Part shown: one piece after another, positions 59,515 through 64,000 of the stretch
How positions within the stretch are numbered: the stretch's first letter is position 1
How the letters are laid out: every line of letters begins with the position of its first letter
Source: an uncultured cyanobacterium
Lineage (GTDB): Bacteria; Cyanobacteriota; Cyanobacteriia; Cyanobacteriales; CAWUOF01
Length of the DNA: 64,000 nt
Reading direction: 5' to 3'
Assembly: GCA_963744145.1 (NCBI GenBank)
Contig: CAVUSO010000001.1
Location: 1,806,831-1,870,830, forward strand
The notes under the pieces: model-generated
What the model saw: the letters and a program-made list of their open reading frames with translations, nothing else
Databases searched by the model: none
Told to the model about the DNA's origin: nothing
Position numbers and translations under genes: made by a program

Positions 59515-60063
59515 TCCGAATTATGTTTTGCTAATCCCTACTTTTGGAGTGCATACATTCTGATCGGATTATAATACAATATGGTTCAGTTAACGATGTT
59601 TTGGGAGATCTCGGCTTTAGAAGGGTGAAGATGTTTTGGGAGATATCGATTCAGAACTGGATGAAGATGTTTTGGGAGATCTCGGCTTTAGAAGGGTGAA
59701 GCATTCGGATATAATATTCCTAGTTTGATTGTTCAATTGTCGCCCGAATGCTTCACCCCTACAATTAACTGAACCTGATTGGATGATAATATGTCCTTCG
59801 CGATCGCAACGAAGGAATATCAATTTCTAGCGATCGGGTTTTCTGCGCTCATAAGAAAGACCTAACCCCCCAACCCCCTTCCCTAAGAGGGAATGGGGAG
59901 TAAGAGAATTATTGAGCGCGTTTTCTTCGCTGCAAAGAGAATTTTTATGATACAATAGAAAAAATAGATATAAGAATTCTTGCTCCCCTTTCCTCTTAGG
60001 AGAGGGGTTGGGGGAGAGGTCAATCAACCCGATCGCTCCATCACCATTCTTACCCCCCTTTCC

Positions 60064-61449
60064 TCATCCTTGACAAAATTGGATAAATCGAGTAGGAATT
60101 TCTGGAGATATTCCCCAATGGAGATGAATATAGGAAGCGTGTAACTGATATATTTGCCATCCTTCATATTCAATGATACCTTGACGAGAATAACTCCTTG
60201 TTTTTAACAGAGGACTTGCTGCATTTTCAGTTAAATGCGATCGATGAAATTCATGCCCAAAAATATTTGTTCCTTTCGATAATAATGGACTATCTTGTAA
60301 AGCAACTGCTTGTCGATAACCTAAGATCAAGCGAGAACTCATTACGGCTATAGTTGGTAATATCCCCACCATTTCCCAAGATTTACCATTAAAGTCTACT
60401 ATAGCTTGACACAAATACATTAAACCACCACATTCAGCATAAGTAGGAATCCCATTAGCGATCGCTGATTTAATTGCATCACATCCAGGACGATTAGCAG
60501 ATAACTGCTCTGCAAAAACTTCGGGAAAACCCCCACCAAAGTATAATCCTTGTACTCCCTCTGGTAAAGCTGAATCGGTGAGGGGACTCCAAAATACTAA
60601 TTCAGCTCCAAGCTGTTCTAATAAATCTAAATTATCTTGATAATAAAAACTAAAAGCTCGATCGCGCGCGATCGCAATCCTTACTTTAACTGGTGATGTG
60701 AATTTTACTGCTACCGACGGTCTACTCACTACATTTTTGAGCAAAGGTAAAAGCAGTTCCCAATTAAAACACTCCTTACCTAGATGAGCAATTTTATCAA
60801 TAATAGTTTCTAAATTTAGCATTTCTGCCACAGGAACTAAACCCAAATGGCGATCGGGAATAGTAATCTGATCCTGTCGTCGAATTACACCTAAAATTGG
60901 TAACTGTAAAGACTCTAAAGCATCACTGAGTAATTCCAAATGCCGATCGCTACCAACCCGATTCAGAATCACCCCAGCTAACTTAATCCGCGCATCAAAA
61001 AAACGATAACCAAACGCGATCGCAGCTACCGATCCAGACAACCGACTACAATCGATCGTCAAAACCACAGGTAAATTTAATAATCGAGCTACATGAGCTG
61101 TACTCGCAAAATCAGCAGCACCAGGATTCTGCTCTCTATCATCAGGGGAGTTAACTAAATTAGTTTCTACCCCATCAAACAAACCCATCACCCCTTCCAC
61201 CAAAGCCAATTCTACCTGAGAACTATGCAGAGCAAAACATTCCTGTACATAACTCTCAGAAGTCAAAATCGGGTCTAAATTGCGACAAGGACGACCAGTA
61301 ACATAATGATGAAACATCGGGTCAATATAATCCGGACCAACCTTAAACGATTGTACCGACATCCCCCGACGCTGTAAACAAGATAAAAGGGCGAGAGTAA
61401 TCGTTGTTTTTCCCGCCCCACTGCGATCGCCAGCAATTACAATTGCCAT
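60064..61449 (-). CDS. cobB: Cobyrinic acid a,c-diamide synthase
   Basis: MAIVIAGDRSGAGKTTITLALLSCLQRRG (P-loop), ...FKVGPDYIDP..., C-terminal glutamine amidotransferase-like domain with GGFPE. Confidence 0.85.
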   Translation of the reverse strand: MAIVIAGDRSGAGKTTITLALLSCLQRRGMSVQSFKVGPDYIDPMFHHYVTGRPCRNLDPILTSESYVQECFALHSSQVELALVEGVMGLFDGVETNLVNSPDDREQNPGAADFASTAHVARLLNLPVVLTIDCSRLSGSVAAIAFGYRFFDARIKLAGVILNRVGSDRHLELLSDALESLQLPILGVIRRQDQITIPDRHLGLVPVAEMLNLETIIDKIAHLGKECFNWELLLPLLKNVVSRPSVAVKFTSPVKVRIAIARDRAFSFYYQDNLDLLEQLGAELVFWSPLTDSALPEGVQGLYFGGGFPEVFAEQLSANRPGCDAIKSAIANGIPTYAECGGLMYLCQAIVDFNGKSWEMVGILPTIAVMSSRLILGYRQAVALQDSPLLSKGTNIFGHEFHRSHLTENAASPLLKTRSYSRQGIIEYEGWQIYQLHASYIHLHWGISPEIPTRFIQFCQG

Positions 61450-61465
61450 TACTAAACTTGATTCA

Positions 61466-62836
61466 TCATCGATTTGACAAACGTAGAATTTGCCCGGTCA
61501 CTGCTAAACTTTCTTCAAACAACACATCACGACCCCATTGACGTAATTGCTGACTTAACAAAAACTCTGGTTTTTGATCAGATAAAGGAGTTACCTCCTG
61601 AATCCGACAAGATTGAGCACCACCACCAGCTTCCATCCGCATACAACCAGTAGTTTCTGAACACAAAATCGTACAACAGTCAGCATTGACATTACTAGAA
61701 GTCAATTTAATCGCAATCAAATCACCGGGAATTTCTCCCCAATCAGCAGTAGGAATACCGGCTAATTCTGCTTCTACTGGATGGCGATCGGCAGTTAGTA
61801 AACGAACCTTTCTGAGATCGTATTCCCCACCTTCTTTTTGATAAGATACAGGATGCCAATTCAGGCGACTAGCGAGCCAACCCAAAAACATCAGTGCTTG
61901 AGTTGGATTACCTTTTTCATAATTAATCGTTACCTGATCAACTTCCGATAGAGCTGCACGACGTTCGGGAGGGTCAAAAGCTTCTGCTGTCAATTCTTGC
62001 CAAGCAGCCAAACGACGCCAGTTAAGATCAGCGATTTGAATACCTTGCTCCAGCAGAGTAATTAATCTGGCTAAATCATTTTCCGGTTCACTGAAGTTAC
62101 TCGAATCAACAATCACAGTAGTACACTGAGCAGCTAGTCGTTTAAACAGACTAGATTCCGGATCAGGTGTTGCTTTCCACCAGATAAACTTAGGTAGATC
62201 ACTAATCATCAACTCCGAAACCACACCACCAACTCGTTCCAGAGCAGAAGCCGTACCTCGCAGAGTAATATATTCGCAACAGATCAGAGTATTGGAACTT
62301 TGCTTATTGATCGGACAATAGGCTGATACTTGGGCAGTAACACCTTCATCTTCGCCTGATACAGGACATAGAGCAATAATCCGACAAGGATTAGCCGAAG
62401 CGATCGCATCAGCTACGACAAAACCGCGTGAATGTAAATCTTGTAATTTATTACTCGTATCAACTACTACGGACGGAGTTGCACGTCGCTGGGCAAAATC
62501 TTCCCGGAGACGCTCTAAAGTTTCCGCATTAATTTTCCCTGTTCTTGGTAGTCCGTAAGCTTTTTGAGCAGCTTTAATCCCTCTCATGGTCAGAGGTCCA
62601 CTAATCCCATCAATCGGACCAGTATAAAAGCCTAATGCTGCCAATAACTGTTGAGTTTCCTCTGGTTCATAAACCAGAAAGGTAAAAGTTGTTGCTCTTG
62701 TGGCACCAGGAAAATCTCCATTTTCATTATTGGTATTATAACTTTGCCAGATCCCACTCAGCACCCCTTCAATGTCAGCGATCGACACATCTTTAGGGGG
62801 TTGTAAGGAAAATATCGGTGGAGCTTGTGCAACCAT
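61466..62836 (-). CDS. opcA: Glucose-6-phosphate dehydrogenase assembly protein OpcA, with an inserted peptidoglycan-binding-like domain
   Basis: Immediately downstream of zwf. PG_binding_1-like segment LGFYTGPIDGISGPLTMRGIKAAQKAYGLPRTGKINAETLERL. Confidence 0.75.
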   Translation of the reverse strand: MVAQAPPIFSLQPPKDVSIADIEGVLSGIWQSYNTNNENGDFPGATRATTFTFLVYEPEETQQLLAALGFYTGPIDGISGPLTMRGIKAAQKAYGLPRTGKINAETLERLREDFAQRRATPSVVVDTSNKLQDLHSRGFVVADAIASANPCRIIALCPVSGEDEGVTAQVSAYCPINKQSSNTLICCEYITLRGTASALERVGGVVSELMISDLPKFIWWKATPDPESSLFKRLAAQCTTVIVDSSNFSEPENDLARLITLLEQGIQIADLNWRRLAAWQELTAEAFDPPERRAALSEVDQVTINYEKGNPTQALMFLGWLASRLNWHPVSYQKEGGEYDLRKVRLLTADRHPVEAELAGIPTADWGEIPGDLIAIKLTSSNVNADCCTILCSETTGCMRMEAGGGAQSCRIQEVTPLSDQKPEFLLSQQLRQWGRDVLFEESLAVTGQILRLSNR

Positions 62837-62887
62837 GTTTTTAGTCCTTTGCTAATTGAAAACTTACTCAAAAGATCGTCAAAACCT

Positions 62888-64000
62888 TTATACTCTGCGC
62901 CAACGACGACCATCTTGATTAATCAGAAATTCTGCTTCTGCTGGTTCCCATGTTCCAGCTTCATACTGGGGAACCAAAGCTGGATTACTAGGTGCATCCC
63001 AAGTTGCTAACGCTGGAGTAACTACCCTCCAAGCTTCTTCAACTTCATCAGCGCGAGTAAACAAAGTTTGATCTCCACGCATACAGTCTAGCAACAGGCG
63101 ATCGTAAGCATCTGTTGTTGCCATTCCAAAAGAACTTCCATAACTAAAATCCATATCTACTGAACGAGTTCGCAGTTCAGTTCCGGGCATTTTAGCTTCA
63201 AACCTGAGTGAAATTCCCTCATTCGGCTGAATCCGCATGGTCAATACATTGGGATTTGCTTGTTGAGCCGCAGATTGGAAGATTAATAATGGTACTTCCC
63301 GAAACTGGATGGCAATTTCTGATACTTTTTTCGGTAATCGTTTCCCGGTTCTTAAGTAAAATGGTACTCCTTTCCAGCGCCAGTTATCAATCAAAAATTT
63401 CATTGCTACATAGGTTGGGGTAGTTGAGTTTGGATCAACACCAGGTTCCTGACGATATCCAGGTACTGGTTTACCTTTCATCCATCCGGCTGAATATTGT
63501 CCGCGCACTGCTGAAAATTCTAGATTATGTTCGTCAGCTAAATGTGTTGCTTGCAACACTTTCATCTTTTCTGTCCGAATACTATCTGCATCCAGGGAAT
63601 TAGGTGCTTCCATTGCGGTTAAACAGAATAGTTGCATCAGGTGGTTTTGCAGCATATCTCGCAATGCTCCTGATGTTTCATAATAACCAGCTCTGTCTTC
63701 TACCCCTACTGTTTCTGCTACGGTAATTTGGACGTGATCAACAAATTGTCGATTCCACAATGGTTCAAAAATCGCATTTGCGAACCGAAAAACTAACAGA
63801 TTTTGAACTGTTTCTTTACCCAGATAGTGGTCAATCCGATAAACTTGTTGCTCTTTACAAACTTGAGTTACTACTCGATTTAGAGCTTGAGCTGAACTTA
63901 AGTCACGTCCAAAAGGTTTTTCAATGACTAAGCGGTTTTTAATCGGATCGTCCAGCATTCGGGCTGAACCTAATTGACGAATTGCTTCTGGGAAAAATTT
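62888..64000 (-). CDS. zwf: Glucose-6-phosphate 1-dehydrogenase, C-terminal ~370 codons (the N-terminus lies beyond the window end)
   Basis: [30 protein letters not shown] and the rest of the G6PD C-terminal domain. The frame stays open upstream of the track's internal Met at 63958 through to 64000. Confidence 0.9.
   Translation of the reverse strand, partial: KFFPEAIRQLGSARMLDDPIKNRLVIEKPFGRDLSSAQALNRVVTQVCKEQQVYRIDHYLGKETVQNLLVFRFANAIFEPLWNRQFVDHVQITVAETVGVEDRAGYYETSGALRDMLQNHLMQLFCLTAMEAPNSLDADSIRTEKMKVLQATHLADEHNLEFSAVRGQYSAGWMKGKPVPGYRQEPGVDPNSTTPTYVAMKFLIDNWRWKGVPFYLRTGKRLPKKVSEIAIQFREVPLLIFQSAAQQANPNVLTMRIQPNEGISLRFEAKMPGTELRTRSVDMDFSYGSSFGMATTDAYDRLLLDCMRGDQTLFTRADEVEEAWRVVTPALATWDAPSNPALVPQYEAGTWEPAEAEFLINQDGRRWRRV

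Overview
This window is a chromosomal segment from a cyanobacterium. The octamer GCGATCGC (HIP1) is very abundant on both strands, and there is a tRNA-Leu(UAA) gene interrupted by the classic cyanobacterial group I intron. The main contents are listed below.

- **Housekeeping genes.** ugpQ-like phosphodiesterase, recQ, trpA, DUF3007, ndhL, cobB/cbiA, opcA and zwf.
- **Signalling genes.** Two Ser/Thr kinases with unusual C-terminal domains (an FGE-sulfatase domain; a Zn-ribbon with WD40 repeats). Two tandem giant multi-PAS/GAF histidine kinases. A CHASE3 hybrid kinase, a NarL-type response regulator, a pentapeptide-repeat protein, and an LRR-Roc-COR (ROCO) GTPase whose LRR region is a near-perfect 69-bp tandem array.
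- **A complete cyanobactin-type RiPP gene cluster (39.0-51.3 kb, all on the minus strand).**
  - PatA-like protease, two small ORFs in the PatB/PatC positions, and a PatD-like YcaO heterocyclase.
  - An 80-aa PatE-like precursor with three short Cys-rich core cassettes flanked by non-canonical recognition sequences (GVDAA ... SFDG).
  - A methyltransferase fused to a PatF-like domain, and a PatG-like oxidase-protease.
  - This architecture resembles linear, N-prenylated and O-methylated cyanobactin pathways.
- **A defense-island-like stretch (28.2-38.7 kb).**
  - A module of a Uma2-family endonuclease plus a RelE/ParE-type addiction toxin-antidote pair is duplicated; one toxin copy is frameshifted.
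  - An orthocaspase with two C-terminal Tudor/Agenet-like domains.
  - A 1490-aa UvrD-like SF1 helicase fusion protein.
- **A 2.3-kb non-coding higher-order tandem array** of paired long-hairpin modules in the intergenic region between the kinase gene and the ugpQ-like gene.
- **Serial reiteration of the 3' end of cobB (four copies),** delimiting three gene cassettes. One copy is a truncated ~1-kb cobB paralog, and a ~90-bp promoter/start-codon segment is shared by two otherwise unrelated genes.

The ORF track omits window-edge partial genes. These are a minus-strand coiled-coil repeat protein at 1-382 and the N-terminal continuation of zwf beyond 64000.
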